A stretch of 59,305 bases of DNA, counting the filler. It is 5 parts of 5 records of this genome, joined end to end, with 100 filler letters (N's around TTAATTAATTAA, not from the genome) between each part and the next. Parts side by side here need not be neighbours in the genome. Positions count along the whole stretch, not along the records: positions 33,597 to 47,408 come from DRR723986_3012; positions 47,509 to 52,881 come from DRR723986_3013; 3 more parts are not named here. One strand, 5' to 3'. Below are positions 41,368 through 51,644 of the stretch, in pieces (position 1 is the first letter of the stretch; every line of letters starts with the position of its first letter). The notes under the pieces were generated by a model that searched no databases, had not been told where the DNA came from, and saw only the letters and a list, made by a program, of their open reading frames with translations. The position numbers were made by a program, and so were the translations under genes.

Positions 41368-42067
41368 GGCGATCCTCGTCTCGCACGGCCAGCCGTCGCA
41401 CCCGCAGGCAGGTGAAGCGTATTTGCGCGCACTTGCGCAGCAGGTCCGCGAATTCCTACCCGGCTGGTCCATCCGCTCGGCCACGCTGGCGGCGCCTGGC
41501 GCTCTTGATCGGGCCCTGGGCCTTGCCGGGCCTGAACCGCTTGTTTTTCCGGTTTTCATGGCCGAAGGCTGGTTCACGCAAACCGCTCTGACAGGCAGGC
41601 TGAAAGGGACGGGCGCCCGGCAGCTGCCTGCCCTCGGCATTCATCCCGAGTTGCCACGGTTGACGGCGCATTTTCTGGAAATGACGGCAGAAAGGACCCA
41701 ATGGAACGCGTCCGGCTACGAACTGCTGCTGGCAGCCCATGGGTCGGCAACCTGCCGGTCGACCGCGCAAAGCACCGTCCGCTTTGCCGCTGGTCTTGCC
41801 GAATGGTTGCCGGAAAGACCGATCCGGCTGGGCTTCCTGGAAGAAGCACCCTTCCTGGAACAAACGGCTACAAGTTGCGGCATGAGAACGGTCTTGTTGC
41901 CCCTGTTCGCCGGAAATGGGCACCACGTGACCCAGGACATTCCGGAAGCTCTCGACAAGGCCGGGTTCGAGGGACTGCGCCTTGCTCCGCTGATCGAGGC
42001 GCCTTTCGTACCCAAACTCATTGCCTGCGCGCTGGAGAGCGCCAATCGGAAGGAACTGGCGGCGTGA
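41324..42067 (+). CDS. CbiX/SirB-family chelatase
   Basis: Two chelatase half-domains (LVSHGQPS; LAAHGS..GFLEEAP..PLFAGNGHHV.QDIP); start uncertain (ATG 41324 chosen). Confidence 0.75.
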   Translation: MSGTRSPFRKERAIEAILVSHGQPSHPQAGEAYLRALAQQVREFLPGWSIRSATLAAPGALDRALGLAGPEPLVFPVFMAEGWFTQTALTGRLKGTGARQLPALGIHPELPRLTAHFLEMTAERTQWNASGYELLLAAHGSATCRSTAQSTVRFAAGLAEWLPERPIRLGFLEEAPFLEQTATSCGMRTVLLPLFAGNGHHVTQDIPEALDKAGFEGLRLAPLIEAPFVPKLIACALESANRKELAA

Positions 42068-42315
42068 CCCGGATCGAAACCGGCTGGCCGGTGCGCAAAC
42101 TTGCGATCGTGCTTTACCCGTTCACGGCCGCTGCCGTTGCCATCAATCTCTTCATGCTCAGCCTGATGGGGCAGGCCATCGGCTTGCCGGCCCTGTCGCC
42201 GATCGTGTCGATCTGGATCAGCTTGCCACTCGGCATCCCGGCCACATGGCTTGCAGCAAAGTGGGTGCGGCGACTGATGGACGAAGCAGATGGAAAACTG
42301 CCACCGGCAGATTGA
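42064..42315 (+). CDS. nnrT: NnrT-like small membrane protein
   Basis: LYPFTAAAVAINLFMLSL...WVRRLMDEA; GTG overlaps the cbiX stop; denitrification context. Confidence 0.65.
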   Translation: MTRIETGWPVRKLAIVLYPFTAAAVAINLFMLSLMGQAIGLPALSPIVSIWISLPLGIPATWLAAKWVRRLMDEADGKLPPAD

Positions 42316-42340
42316 CACCCTCGTAAACGGGAAACGGACC

Positions 42341-42742
42341 ATGTTGATACAAAGGGACCTGCGTCGAGGAACTGGCCTGCGCATGGCTGGTGCCGCCGCC
42401 GCTGTTCTCGGTGTCATGACAGTCGTGAGCGGTGGAACGGTTCTCTTTGGTGGCGATCAGCTATCCAGACTGGCTGGCAACGTCGTCTCGTTTGTCCTGT
42501 GGTTCAATTTTCTGGCGGGCTTTGCATATGTAATGACCGGCATCGGGCTCTGGTTCGCCAGAGGGTGGGCTCGCTGGATGGCCATCGCGATTCTGATCGG
42601 GACCGCGGTCGTTTTATGTGCATTCCTTGTGTATGTGTCCCAGGGCGGGCCTCATGAAACGCGCACTCTCGTGGCATTGATCTTCAGAACGGGCTTCTGG
42701 GCGATCGTTACCTCGACCGCCCTGCGCGCCGTAATCCGCTGA
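42341..42742 (+). CDS. Hypothetical 4-TM membrane protein
   Basis: Hydrophobic helices, GNVVSFVLWFNFLAGFAY, ETRTLVAL.FR. Confidence 0.65.
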   Translation: MLIQRDLRRGTGLRMAGAAAAVLGVMTVVSGGTVLFGGDQLSRLAGNVVSFVLWFNFLAGFAYVMTGIGLWFARGWARWMAIAILIGTAVVLCAFLVYVSQGGPHETRTLVALIFRTGFWAIVTSTALRAVIR

Positions 42743-42754
42743 CAGACGCTCTCC

Positions 42755-43780
42755 TCAAGCCCGCAGCCACCCTGTCGAACCATCGCGGCGCACCACGAAG
42801 GCGCTGGTTGCCGTAAAGTCGGTAAGGGCTCTGCCAAGGCGGTTCTCTTCAAGTACCAATGCAGCTGTGGACAGGCCATCGGCGAGAGCTGCGGCCGGAG
42901 CTATGACGCTGGCGCCATCTACTGCACCCGCAACCGGCAGGCCGGTTCGCGGATCGATGATGTGCGAGCGCCGGCCGGCCTGATCGAAGGTCGTTCCGAG
43001 CCGCGCGGAACTGGCAACTGCGGCGTTCGTCAATCTTATCCTGGTCGTCGCCTCTGCGCTTTCGGCCACTGGCTGCAAGGTCACTGGCCAGCCACGGTGA
43101 GCGCCTGCGTCAAGTGCAGGTTCTTCATCCGGCCCGCCTCTGGTGACGATCTCACCGAGGTCGACCACCATGTTCGTGCATCCCTTCGCGGCTAGCAGGG
43201 CCGTCACCCTGTCCGTGATGTAGCCTTGGGCAATGCCGTTGAAGGACATGGACATGCCTTTTTGCGCAAAGCGGATCTCGCCCGGTCCATAAACGACGTG
43301 TCTGAAGCCTGTGCGACTTCGGGCGGCCGCAAGATCCTCTCCGATGTCGCCGGACGCCTGCCTGGCGTAATAAGTCCACAAAGGTTGAATGGTCGGGTCG
43401 AAGGCTCCTTCAGTCGCGGCATGAAGCCTGTCGCACAGGCCGAGCAGATCGACCATTTCCAGAGAAGGCGCCGAAAGCCGTCCGTTGGCATTCAGCCGGA
43501 CCAGCTCGCTGTCCGGTTGGTAGAGACTGAAGATCGTTTCCAGCCTGCGGATTTCCGCTTCCACCTTGCTGAACAGGCGTTTCGCTTCGCTTGCGCTTTC
43601 ATGCAGGATATCGATCTCTGCCCCAGCCCCGAGCGCAATGCCGCGCCAGCGGTACAATTGGGCCTGTCCACCTGCCATCGCGGCACCCGCCGGCAATGCA
43701 AGGCCAGCAACACCGGCGGCGCAGATCCGCAGGAAACGCCTGCGGTTCATGGGTGGTTGATTGATGGTTGCATGTGTCAT
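42755..43780 (-). CDS. nosX: FAD:protein FMN transferase (ApbE family)
   Basis: Tat signal RRRFL, WRGIALGA, FNGIAQGYITD, HIIDPRTG, ADGLSTA. Confidence 0.9.
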   Translation of the reverse strand: MTHATINQPPMNRRRFLRICAAGVAGLALPAGAAMAGGQAQLYRWRGIALGAGAEIDILHESASEAKRLFSKVEAEIRRLETIFSLYQPDSELVRLNANGRLSAPSLEMVDLLGLCDRLHAATEGAFDPTIQPLWTYYARQASGDIGEDLAAARSRTGFRHVVYGPGEIRFAQKGMSMSFNGIAQGYITDRVTALLAAKGCTNMVVDLGEIVTRGGPDEEPALDAGAHRGWPVTLQPVAESAEATTRIRLTNAAVASSARLGTTFDQAGRRSHIIDPRTGLPVAGAVDGASVIAPAAALADGLSTAALVLEENRLGRALTDFTATSAFVVRRDGSTGWLRA

Positions 43781-44325
43781 TGCGCAGCCCCGTGTTTTAC
43801 AGACATGGGGACCGAGGTGGCAGCGGACACATCGACGGCTCCCAGAACGTAGTCGGTCGGGATGTCTTCGGCGCGGACGACGCGGCCCATGTTGTCCCGC
43901 GCGAACGCATCCGCTCCGGCCTGCGTACCAAAGGGAATTGCTTCCGGGGCGCCCATGCCGCCTGCCACGTTGCTGCCGATGACGAACCAGGCCCCATCCA
44001 GATCGATCCAGTTGTCGGTACCCGGCTGGGTCCAGCTTTCTGCCTGCTCCATGTCATTGACATAAACGGCAGCAATATCCTTCGGCTCTTCGGGAGAACG
44101 CAGGAAGGCAACCGCATCGCGGACTTGTGTGAACCAGAGCGGATTGGGATTTCCTGCCAGATGGATCTGCGCCTTGGGGCCGTCATGTTCCAGAACGGTC
44201 ATCTGGCAGTAATGACCAGCTGCTTCCGGTGTCAGATGAACGGCATCGGGTTTGGCAATCTGAACCTCTTCCTGGCAGGCAGCCAGGACCCCGAGCATGA
44301 ATATCGAAATGAGCGCGCGTTTCAT
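43777..44325 (-). CDS. nosL: Copper chaperone lipoprotein NosL
   Basis: Lipobox LAAC, GHYCQM...GPKAQ, GGMGAPE. Confidence 0.92.
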   Translation of the reverse strand: MKRALISIFMLGVLAACQEEVQIAKPDAVHLTPEAAGHYCQMTVLEHDGPKAQIHLAGNPNPLWFTQVRDAVAFLRSPEEPKDIAAVYVNDMEQAESWTQPGTDNWIDLDGAWFVIGSNVAGGMGAPEAIPFGTQAGADAFARDNMGRVVRAEDIPTDYVLGAVDVSAATSVPMSVKHGAAQ

Positions 44326-45152
44326 GGCGCAATCCTTTTTATCAGAAGAGCGGAGCCGGCCATGGCCAGGCCGGCAAATGCGGCCAGGGAGCCAAGGGCG
44401 AGCAAGGGGTCGAAGGGCAGCGTGTCCGCCACACCGGCCATGCCCCCCACCAGATCGCTTGCGCCGAGGGCGGCCAGGTTGAACAGGCGGAAGGCGTCGG
44501 CTGGATTGAGCAGGATGGCGTAGGGGAAAACGTCGGACGCAAAGACACCGCTTGGGTTTGCGACCAGCGCGCCAAGCAGCGCAAGGTCATACAGGACGAC
44601 CAATATCAGCCACACGGCAACTGAAGCCGCCGCCGCAGTGCGCGACTGGCGTGTCAGTGAACTCAGAACGTAGCCCGTGGCGAGAAAGCAGACGCCGAGC
44701 AGGATCGAGGTTGCGATCAGACGCGCAAAATCCGCAAGGCCCGAGAGGGAGCCGAAACCCGCTGCCACAAGCAACCCGGCGGTCAGGCCGTAGCCGACAA
44801 CCAGTGCGAATGCCAGAACCAGCGTGTGGCCGACGGCCTTGCCGATCAGGAATTCGACACGGGAGATCGGGCAGGACAACGTCATCAGCAAAGTACCGCG
44901 TTCGATCTCGCCGCAGATGGCGTCGAATGCGAGCAACAGCGCGATGAGCGGCACGAGATAGACCGACAGACTGGCCAGAGAGGCAACGGTAATGGTCAGG
45001 CGGTCGACGCCGAGCGTTCCGGCTGGTGCCGAGCCAAGCAGGGCGAGCGCCAGCGAGAACACGGCGAGGATCATGGCTGCAAGCAGGATCCACCTGTTGC
45101 GGATACCAATGCGGATTTCTTGTCCTGCTACGGTGAGGATTCTGGAGAACAT
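44322..45152 (-). CDS. nosY: ABC permease NosY
   Basis: RNRW, GEIERGTL and NPADAFRLFN motifs. Confidence 0.92.
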   Translation of the reverse strand: MFSRILTVAGQEIRIGIRNRWILLAAMILAVFSLALALLGSAPAGTLGVDRLTITVASLASLSVYLVPLIALLLAFDAICGEIERGTLLMTLSCPISRVEFLIGKAVGHTLVLAFALVVGYGLTAGLLVAAGFGSLSGLADFARLIATSILLGVCFLATGYVLSSLTRQSRTAAAASVAVWLILVVLYDLALLGALVANPSGVFASDVFPYAILLNPADAFRLFNLAALGASDLVGGMAGVADTLPFDPLLALGSLAAFAGLAMAGSALLIKRIAP

Positions 45153-45155
45153 GGT

Positions 45156-46076
45156 TCAGGCCTCCTTGCCAGCGGTGCTGGAAAAATACCGGTAGACGTC
45201 GTCGAGGCTCGGCGCGTGCACATCGACATCCTCAACCAGGTTGCCGAGCGCGCTGATTGCCGAAAGCGCCTTGACCTTGTCGTCCGCGTTGCAGTTGAAT
45301 TCGACCGAACGTCCGTTCATCTGCCCGCCGCCGAGGCTTTCGGAGACATGGGCAAGATCCTCGGGCCTGGTCCAGACCTTGAGCCTGATCGGCAATCCGG
45401 CCTGGGCACGCAGGCGGCTCAGGATGTCGTCCGCGACGAGCCGGCCTTTCGACAGGATCAGGATCCGGTCTGTCCGAGCCTCCAGTTCGGTGAGGGCGTG
45501 AGACGACAGCAGCACCGTCGTTCCCTGACCGGCGATTTCACCGATCAGTTCATAGACCGTCTGCCGGGAGATCGGATCAAGGCCTGTAGTGGGCTCATCC
45601 AGCAGGATCAGCCGAGGTTTCCCGATAAGTGCCTGGGCAAGACCAAGGCGTTGACGCATGCCCTTGGAGTAGGTGCCGACCCGCCGTCGTGCGGCCTCCG
45701 CCAGGCCAACCCTTTCGAGCAGCGGCAAGGCCCTGGCCGGGCTTTCGCCTTTCAGTCTCGCGTAGAAGGTCAGCACTTCCTTGCCGGTGAGCGAGGCGGG
45801 AAAGGCGACCGATTCCGGTAGATAGGCCGTGCCGACACGGGCATCGTGACTGCCGGGGGCAGCTCCCATGACGGCGACGTCTCCATGGTCGCGCTTCAGG
45901 AACCCGAGCACGATCTTGAACAATGTGGTCTTGCCGGCGCCGTTGTGCCCGAGCATGGCAACCCGTTCACCAGCGTTCAGGGAAAAGGACACGTCATCGA
46001 CGGCCTTGTGCCCGGAAAAGGTCTTGCAGACGCCTTCCACGCGGAGGGTCGGTGCAGAAAGGGACGTTTCGGTCAT
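45156..46076 (-). CDS. nosF: ABC ATPase NosF
   Basis: GHNGAGKTT, YSKGMRQRLGLAQAL; start MTETS overlaps the nosD stop. Confidence 0.92.
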   Translation of the reverse strand: MTETSLSAPTLRVEGVCKTFSGHKAVDDVSFSLNAGERVAMLGHNGAGKTTLFKIVLGFLKRDHGDVAVMGAAPGSHDARVGTAYLPESVAFPASLTGKEVLTFYARLKGESPARALPLLERVGLAEAARRRVGTYSKGMRQRLGLAQALIGKPRLILLDEPTTGLDPISRQTVYELIGEIAGQGTTVLLSSHALTELEARTDRILILSKGRLVADDILSRLRAQAGLPIRLKVWTRPEDLAHVSESLGGGQMNGRSVEFNCNADDKVKALSAISALGNLVEDVDVHAPSLDDVYRYFSSTAGKEA

Positions 46077-47356
46077 CCTTGAACTCCCGAATTCGGTGTC
46101 GCCCGCACCGGCGGATGCATCAGCGGGGCGTTGTCGATGATGCCGCCTGGCAGCAGCGCCGGAAATTGAGATTGGGTCCACCGCAGCAGCTGAACAGCCG
46201 GACTGCCGACCAGAAGCTTGGCGGAAGGTTGGGTCCAGAGAACCTGGTCGACCATGTCGTTGGGCCGGTAGGCGGTGTCGGCAATGCCGTCGCCGTTCAT
46301 GTCGAAGGCCGGGTGGTCGCTCCAGTAGTTGCCGCGCCCGTCCGTGCTCCAGTCAAGCTGGCGGCTGCCGACGTATTTCACCTGGGTCTTGTTGGCGATG
46401 AAGGCATTGCCCTTGAAGGCGTTATTTGCAGAACCCGCCGTAAAGTGAACACCGATGGGGCAGCCTTCGAAGCTGTTGTCTGTCACCGTGTTCTTGTTGG
46501 CGTTGTACATGAACAGGCACTTCTCGCCGCCGCCTTCGACCTGGTTGCCGGAAATCTCGGCGTGATTGGCGTAGTTGAGCATGAGGCCGTGATTGCGGTC
46601 GCCGATCGAGACGTTGTTGCGTACCTTCAGCCGGTCGGAAAACATCAGCGCGTAGCCGATGTCGTTGCCTTCGGAAACGTTGTTCTCGATGACACCATTG
46701 TTGCCGTGCATGTAGTGAACGGCAAAACGCAGGTCTTCGAACCGGTTGTTGCGGAAGGTGTCCTTGGGACTGGTGTTGACGAAGATGCCGTCGCGGCCGT
46801 AGCGGATCGTGTTGTATTCAGCCAGAAGATCAGGCGCGTTCCAGACGTAGATGCCGTTGCCGCGCTCGTTCATGCGCAGGTCTTGGCGGCCTTCGATGAG
46901 ATTGTTCGACACAGTTGCGTTGCGCGCACCATGAACATCGACACCTGTCAGGTTGTCGAGGATCCGGTTGTCACGCACGATGGCGCGATGCGCGGTCTTG
47001 GACAGCTTGACGCCTGCATCCAGCGTTTCCTGCGAGAGGCCGGAGCCGGTCAGTTCCAACCCTTCCACGACACTGTCCGGTGCGTTGATGGTGACGACAC
47101 TGCCGGTGCCGTTTCCGGCAATGCCAGCCTTGCCCGCTCCACTCAGCGTCAAGCGTTTGTCGAGAACCACGGGGCCCTCATGCTTGCCGGGTGCAAGCCG
47201 GAGAATGTCCCCGGCCTGCGCTTGTTGAAGAACCTGCTGCAAGGCGCCCTTTTCGGCCGGTACCTGCCATTCTTCCGCCTGTAGCGGACCGCAGACGGTC
47301 AGGCTCGCCACAGCAGCGGTGGAAAGGGCCAGTGATCTGAAAAAGGCGCGGTGCAT
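46073..47356 (-). CDS. nosD: Nitrous oxide reductase maturation protein NosD
   Basis: Beta-helix repeats, RGNGIYVWN, LRFAVHYM, GNYWSD. Confidence 0.93.
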   Translation of the reverse strand: MHRAFFRSLALSTAAVASLTVCGPLQAEEWQVPAEKGALQQVLQQAQAGDILRLAPGKHEGPVVLDKRLTLSGAGKAGIAGNGTGSVVTINAPDSVVEGLELTGSGLSQETLDAGVKLSKTAHRAIVRDNRILDNLTGVDVHGARNATVSNNLIEGRQDLRMNERGNGIYVWNAPDLLAEYNTIRYGRDGIFVNTSPKDTFRNNRFEDLRFAVHYMHGNNGVIENNVSEGNDIGYALMFSDRLKVRNNVSIGDRNHGLMLNYANHAEISGNQVEGGGEKCLFMYNANKNTVTDNSFEGCPIGVHFTAGSANNAFKGNAFIANKTQVKYVGSRQLDWSTDGRGNYWSDHPAFDMNGDGIADTAYRPNDMVDQVLWTQPSAKLLVGSPAVQLLRWTQSQFPALLPGGIIDNAPLMHPPVRATPNSGVQG

Positions 47357-47359
47357 GGC

Positions 47360-47408
47360 TCAGGCGTTCCTCGGTTCCACAAACATCCGGCCGCGCATTT
47401 CCATGTGC
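47360..47408 (-). CDS. nosZ: Nitrous oxide reductase, extreme C-terminus
   Basis: Manual translation HMEMRGRMFVEPRNA* matches the CuA tail; directly upstream of nosD. Confidence 0.85.
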
Positions 47409-47508
47409 NNNNNNNNNNNNNNNNNNNNNNNNNNNNNNNNNNNNNNNNNNNNTTAATTAATTAANNNNNNNNNNNNNNNNNNNNNNNNNNNNNNNNNNNN
47501 NNNNNNNN
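47409..47508. other. Artificial contig spacer
   Basis: N run with TTAATTAATTAA. Confidence 0.98.
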
Positions 47509-48774
47509 CTGCTGGCGCCGGTGTATCGGTACTCGGAAACCCTGGGCAGTCCGTCAGAAGACCGGGAGCTGGACCGGAAACTGGACAGCCGCGAACAGGT
47601 TCGGGAGTCCGTACGCCGGGCCAAATACTCCAGCCTGTCTACATTCACACTGGTGGAAACCACTGGCCTTGCCTGGGCCTGGAAGCTTGTTCGCGACAGC
47701 CTGAACAGAAACTCTGCAAAAGCAGAGGCGGTGGAGTCCGGCAGGCTCCACCACTGCGTGGACGGCTATCCTTTGTCAGACCCTGAGCGGGTAAATCTGG
47801 CGGAGGGGCTTTTGCGGGCGATGTCCCTGACCAAAGGCTTCGCCAGCGTGTTGTTGCTGGTGGGCCATGGTGCCCATACGGACAACAACCCCAACGAAGC
47901 TGGTCTGGCCTGCGGAGCCTGTGGCGGCAAAAACGGAGGGGTAAACGCCAGAGTGGCTGCCGAGCTGCTGAATGACCGGCAGGTGAGGGCGGGCCTGGCA
48001 GAGCGCGGCATTGTTATGCCCGAGAGCACCATTGCTCTGGCGGCTGAGCATTGCACGATCACAGACAGAATAACCATTTACGGGCGGGACCAGATACCCG
48101 ACAGCCATCAGCGGGTACTGAATACGCTGGTTGAGAAGCTTGAGGCTGCTGGCCAGGCCTGTCGCAGAGAGAGGGCCACCAGTCTTGGGCTTAATGGCAA
48201 GAACGATGACGACCTGCTTGCCGAACTCAAACGCCGGACGCGCAACTGGGCGGAAGTGCGGCCTGAGTGGGGCCTGGCCAACAATGCCGGGATGGTGATC
48301 GGCCCGCGTTCACTTACTCGCTCACTGGATCTCGGGGGGCGCTGTTTCCTGCACGACTATGATCCGTCGCAGGACCCGTCTGGAGAGGTTCTGACCCTGC
48401 TGATGTCTGCGCCCATGGTGGTGGCAAACTGGATTAATCTGCAGTACTTCGGTTCGGTTGCCAGGCCGGATATCTTCGGTGCCGGAAACAAACTGCTGCA
48501 TTCGGTGGTTGGCGGCAACCTGGGTGTCGTCGAGGGCAATGGGGTCGACCTCAAGATCGGACTTCCGTTGCAGTCAGTATTCGACGGTGAGCACTGGCGC
48601 CATGAGCCAATGCGCCTTGCGGTGGTGATCGATGCACCAGCGGAACGCATTGAATCGGTCATCCGGGGTAACGCGGATGTCCGGGCTCTGGTGGAAAACC
48701 GCTGGCTCTGGCTGCACCGAGTGGAGGGCGACCAGACGCTGCGTTACGACGACGGCAGGTGGGTAACCACCTGA
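47509..48774 (+). CDS. dabA: DUF2309/UPF0753 inorganic carbon transporter subunit, C-terminal part
   Basis: GHG...NNP....CGACGG, EVRPEWGLANNA, FLHDYD, WINLQY and HEPMRL motifs. Confidence 0.9.
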   Translation: MLAPVYRYSETLGSPSEDRELDRKLDSREQVRESVRRAKYSSLSTFTLVETTGLAWAWKLVRDSLNRNSAKAEAVESGRLHHCVDGYPLSDPERVNLAEGLLRAMSLTKGFASVLLLVGHGAHTDNNPNEAGLACGACGGKNGGVNARVAAELLNDRQVRAGLAERGIVMPESTIALAAEHCTITDRITIYGRDQIPDSHQRVLNTLVEKLEAAGQACRRERATSLGLNGKNDDDLLAELKRRTRNWAEVRPEWGLANNAGMVIGPRSLTRSLDLGGRCFLHDYDPSQDPSGEVLTLLMSAPMVVANWINLQYFGSVARPDIFGAGNKLLHSVVGGNLGVVEGNGVDLKIGLPLQSVFDGEHWRHEPMRLAVVIDAPAERIESVIRGNADVRALVENRWLWLHRVEGDQTLRYDDGRWVTT

Positions 48775-48781
48775 CCCCCGA

Positions 48782-49903
48782 TCACATATTGCTGGCGTTG
48801 GCGGCCTCGGTGTATTGCCAGTCGATCGTTCTCGGTTGAACGCTGTCGGCGACAAAGAGGTGGCCAACGTCTGGTACCGCGTACCAGAGTTCACCACGGG
48901 TGGGGTTCTGGCGCGCAAACTCCGCATGGCTCATGCCGATTTCCCAGATTTCATCGCTCTGCCAGCCTTCCGGGGCAAGTTCGATACGCACTTCCGAGCC
49001 GATCAGGCTGATGGCTTCAATGCGCAGGGGCAGGCGGGCCTTGGCCGCGGGGGATCGGGACAGCTGAACTTCGTGGGGACGCAGGTAGAGCTGGGCTTCC
49101 TGATCTTGACGAATCCCCGGCAAGGATACCCAGGCATCGCCCTGAACCAGTTTCTGACCTTTCACCAAGCCCGACAACACGTTGACGTGGCCCAGGAAAT
49201 CGAAAACGAACCGGCTTTCTGGCCGGGCATATAGTCCGGTCGGTGAATTCACCTGTTCCACCTGACCCTCGCTCATAACCACCACCTGGTCTGACAGCTC
49301 CAGCGCTTCTTCCTGATCATGGGTCACGAAAATGCTGGTGAAGTGGTACTCGTCATGCAACGCTCGCAGCCAGCGGCGCAAATCCTTTCGTACTTTGGCA
49401 TCCAGGGCGCCGAAGGGCTCATCCAGCAGCAGAATACGAGGCTGAGTTGCCAGCGCGCGCGCCAGAGCAACACGCTGTTTCTGCCCACCAGATAGCTGTG
49501 CCGGATAGCGTTTGGCCAGTTCCGGCAACTGAATCATCTCCAGCAGCTTGGCCACCCGTTGGCGGATCTCCTGCTTTGAGGGGCGCTGCTTTTTGGGGAG
49601 CGACTCCAGGCCGAACGCGATGTTCTCGGCAACGGTCAGGTGCCGGAACAGGGCGTAATGCTGAAACACAAACCCGATGTTTCGGTCGCGAACGTGTAAC
49701 TGGCTGACATCGTCACCACCGAACAGGACCCGGCCGGAATCCGAAGACTCCAGTCCGGCAATAATCCGGAGTAGGGTGGTTTTGCCGGAGCCAGAAGGGC
49801 CGAGAAGAGCGGTGAGCTGGCCTTCGGGGATATCCAGAGAGACATTCTTCAGCGCCTGAAAGCCGCCGAAGTGCTTGTTGATCTGGTCAATGGTGATACT
49901 CAT
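48782..49903 (-). CDS. cysA: Sulfate/thiosulfate ABC transporter ATP-binding protein
   Basis: [33 protein letters not shown]; start MSITID. Confidence 0.93.
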   Translation of the reverse strand: MSITIDQINKHFGGFQALKNVSLDIPEGQLTALLGPSGSGKTTLLRIIAGLESSDSGRVLFGGDDVSQLHVRDRNIGFVFQHYALFRHLTVAENIAFGLESLPKKQRPSKQEIRQRVAKLLEMIQLPELAKRYPAQLSGGQKQRVALARALATQPRILLLDEPFGALDAKVRKDLRRWLRALHDEYHFTSIFVTHDQEEALELSDQVVVMSEGQVEQVNSPTGLYARPESRFVFDFLGHVNVLSGLVKGQKLVQGDAWVSLPGIRQDQEAQLYLRPHEVQLSRSPAAKARLPLRIEAISLIGSEVRIELAPEGWQSDEIWEIGMSHAEFARQNPTRGELWYAVPDVGHLFVADSVQPRTIDWQYTEAANASNM

Positions 49904-49904
49904 G

Positions 49905-50762
49905 TCACGCACCTCCTTCTTCGGGCGTCGCGTGTTCAGCTCGGGACTGACGCCATTCGACAAATGCTTTTGCAATCAGTGTCAGGATGGCGATACCGGC
50001 CAGCAGCGAAGCGCTGGCAAAGGCCCCGACAATATTGTAATCCTGATAAAGCAGTTCAACATGCAGCGGTAAGGTATTGGTTTCTCCGCGAACATTGCCG
50101 GATACCACCGAGACCGCGCCGAATTCACCCACGGCCCGGGCGTTGGTCAGCACCACACCGTAGATCAATGCCCACTTGATATTAGGCAGTGTGATCTTGC
50201 GAAAAATCCGCCAGCCGGAAGCGCCCAGCACCACGCCGGCTTCCTCCTCCTCGCTGCCTTGTTGCTGCATCAAGGGGATCAGCTCCCTGGCCACAAACGG
50301 ACAGGTTACGAATACGGTGACCATCACGATGCCGGGCCAGGAGAACATCAACTGAACGTCGTAGTTGCTCAGCCAACTGCCCAGCCAGCCGTTCCGGCCA
50401 TAGAGCAGCAGGTACAGCAGACCGGCAACAACCGGTGATACCGCAAATGGAATATCGATCAAGGTGATCAACAGCTTGCGCCCGGGAAAACGGAACCGAG
50501 TAACCGACCAGGCGAGGGCTGTCCCGAAGACCAGGTTAAGCGGCACCGTGAGTGCGGCCACAAATAGAGTCAGGCCGATGGCATCCAGGGTGTATTCATC
50601 CAGGACATTGCCGGCAAAAGCGCTCCAGCCTGTGCTCAGTGCCTGTGTAAAGATCACCACGACCGGAATCACCAGCATGATCAGGGTGATCGAGAGGGCC
50701 AGCCCGATCAGGCTGCGGCGCACCCAGGGTTGGTCACCAATACGGCGGTTTTGCGCAGCCAT
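49905..50762 (-). CDS. cysW: Sulfate/thiosulfate ABC permease
   Basis: [20 protein letters not shown] and [16 protein letters not shown] motifs. Confidence 0.93.
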   Translation of the reverse strand: MAAQNRRIGDQPWVRRSLIGLALSITLIMLVIPVVVIFTQALSTGWSAFAGNVLDEYTLDAIGLTLFVAALTVPLNLVFGTALAWSVTRFRFPGRKLLITLIDIPFAVSPVVAGLLYLLLYGRNGWLGSWLSNYDVQLMFSWPGIVMVTVFVTCPFVARELIPLMQQQGSEEEEAGVVLGASGWRIFRKITLPNIKWALIYGVVLTNARAVGEFGAVSVVSGNVRGETNTLPLHVELLYQDYNIVGAFASASLLAGIAILTLIAKAFVEWRQSRAEHATPEEGGA

Positions 50763-51635
50763 CTATCGACTCTCCAGCCTGCGCAGGTATCGACCCTGCC
50801 AGAGGTTGATGGAGAACAGTAGAATCAGCGACGCCAGCAACACCAGCGATGCGATAGCACTGGCGGCCGCGTAGTCATACTCCTGCAGACGGATGAAGAT
50901 CATCAGGCTGGTGACTTCGCTGACATAGGGCGTGTTGCCGGCGATAAAGATAATCGCACCGAACTCTCCCAGGCTCCGCGTGAAGGACAACGCGATTCCA
51001 GTTACCAGGGCGGGCCAGAGTGATGGGAATATAACCTTGCGGAACACGCGCCCGTCAGACGCTCCCAAACTAACGGCGGCTTCTTCATCGGCTGGCGACA
51101 GCTCTTCAAGCACCGGCTGCACTGTACGCACCACAAACGGGATACTGGTGAAAGCCATGGCCACCACGATGCCCAGCGGCGTAAACGCAACCTCTACACC
51201 GATTTTGGCCAGCCATTGGCCGTACCAGCCATTCTGGGAAAACAACGTTGCCAGGGTGATGCCGGCAACAGCAGTCGGCAAGGCAAAGGGCAGGTCGACC
51301 ACGGCGTCGATAATACGCTTGCCCGGAAACTCATAGCGCACCAGCACCCAGGCCAACAGCAACCCGAACAGGCCATTGAATAGTGAAGCTGCCAGGGCCG
51401 TCCATAACGTAACCTTGTAGGACTCCACCACGCGCGGATCGGTGATGGTGAACCAGAACTGGTCCCAGGTCATACCAGAGGTTTCGACGACCAGCCCGGT
51501 CATCGGCAGCAGCAAAACCAGGCTCACAAAAAACAGAGAAATGCCGAGGCTCAGACCGAACCCCGGCAATACCCGTTTGTTACGACGACCAAGGCGCCGC
51601 ACGGGGGCGACGCCTGCTTGAGCGGAGGTGGGCAT
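50763..51635 (-). CDS. cysT: Sulfate/thiosulfate ABC permease (CysT/CysU)
   Basis: VLPGFGL, DLPFALPTAVAG and PFVVRTVQPVL motifs. Confidence 0.93.
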   Translation of the reverse strand: MPTSAQAGVAPVRRLGRRNKRVLPGFGLSLGISLFFVSLVLLLPMTGLVVETSGMTWDQFWFTITDPRVVESYKVTLWTALAASLFNGLFGLLLAWVLVRYEFPGKRIIDAVVDLPFALPTAVAGITLATLFSQNGWYGQWLAKIGVEVAFTPLGIVVAMAFTSIPFVVRTVQPVLEELSPADEEAAVSLGASDGRVFRKVIFPSLWPALVTGIALSFTRSLGEFGAIIFIAGNTPYVSEVTSLMIFIRLQEYDYAAASAIASLVLLASLILLFSINLWQGRYLRRLESR

Positions 51636-51644
51636 AGCTTGCTC

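Noticed and set aside
37670-42067. NirDL (..GVAA) and CbiX-like (..ELAA) also end in Ala-Ala
   Set aside because: Both stops overlap the next start (ATGA/GTGA) with the SD shaping the last codons, so the tails are explained by translational coupling. It is a caution for the degron hypothesis at 29960-33120.
47360-48774. Apparent linkage of nos genes with dabA/cys genes, or of the mobile element with nirS
   Set aside because: Separated by artificial spacers and probably from different organisms.
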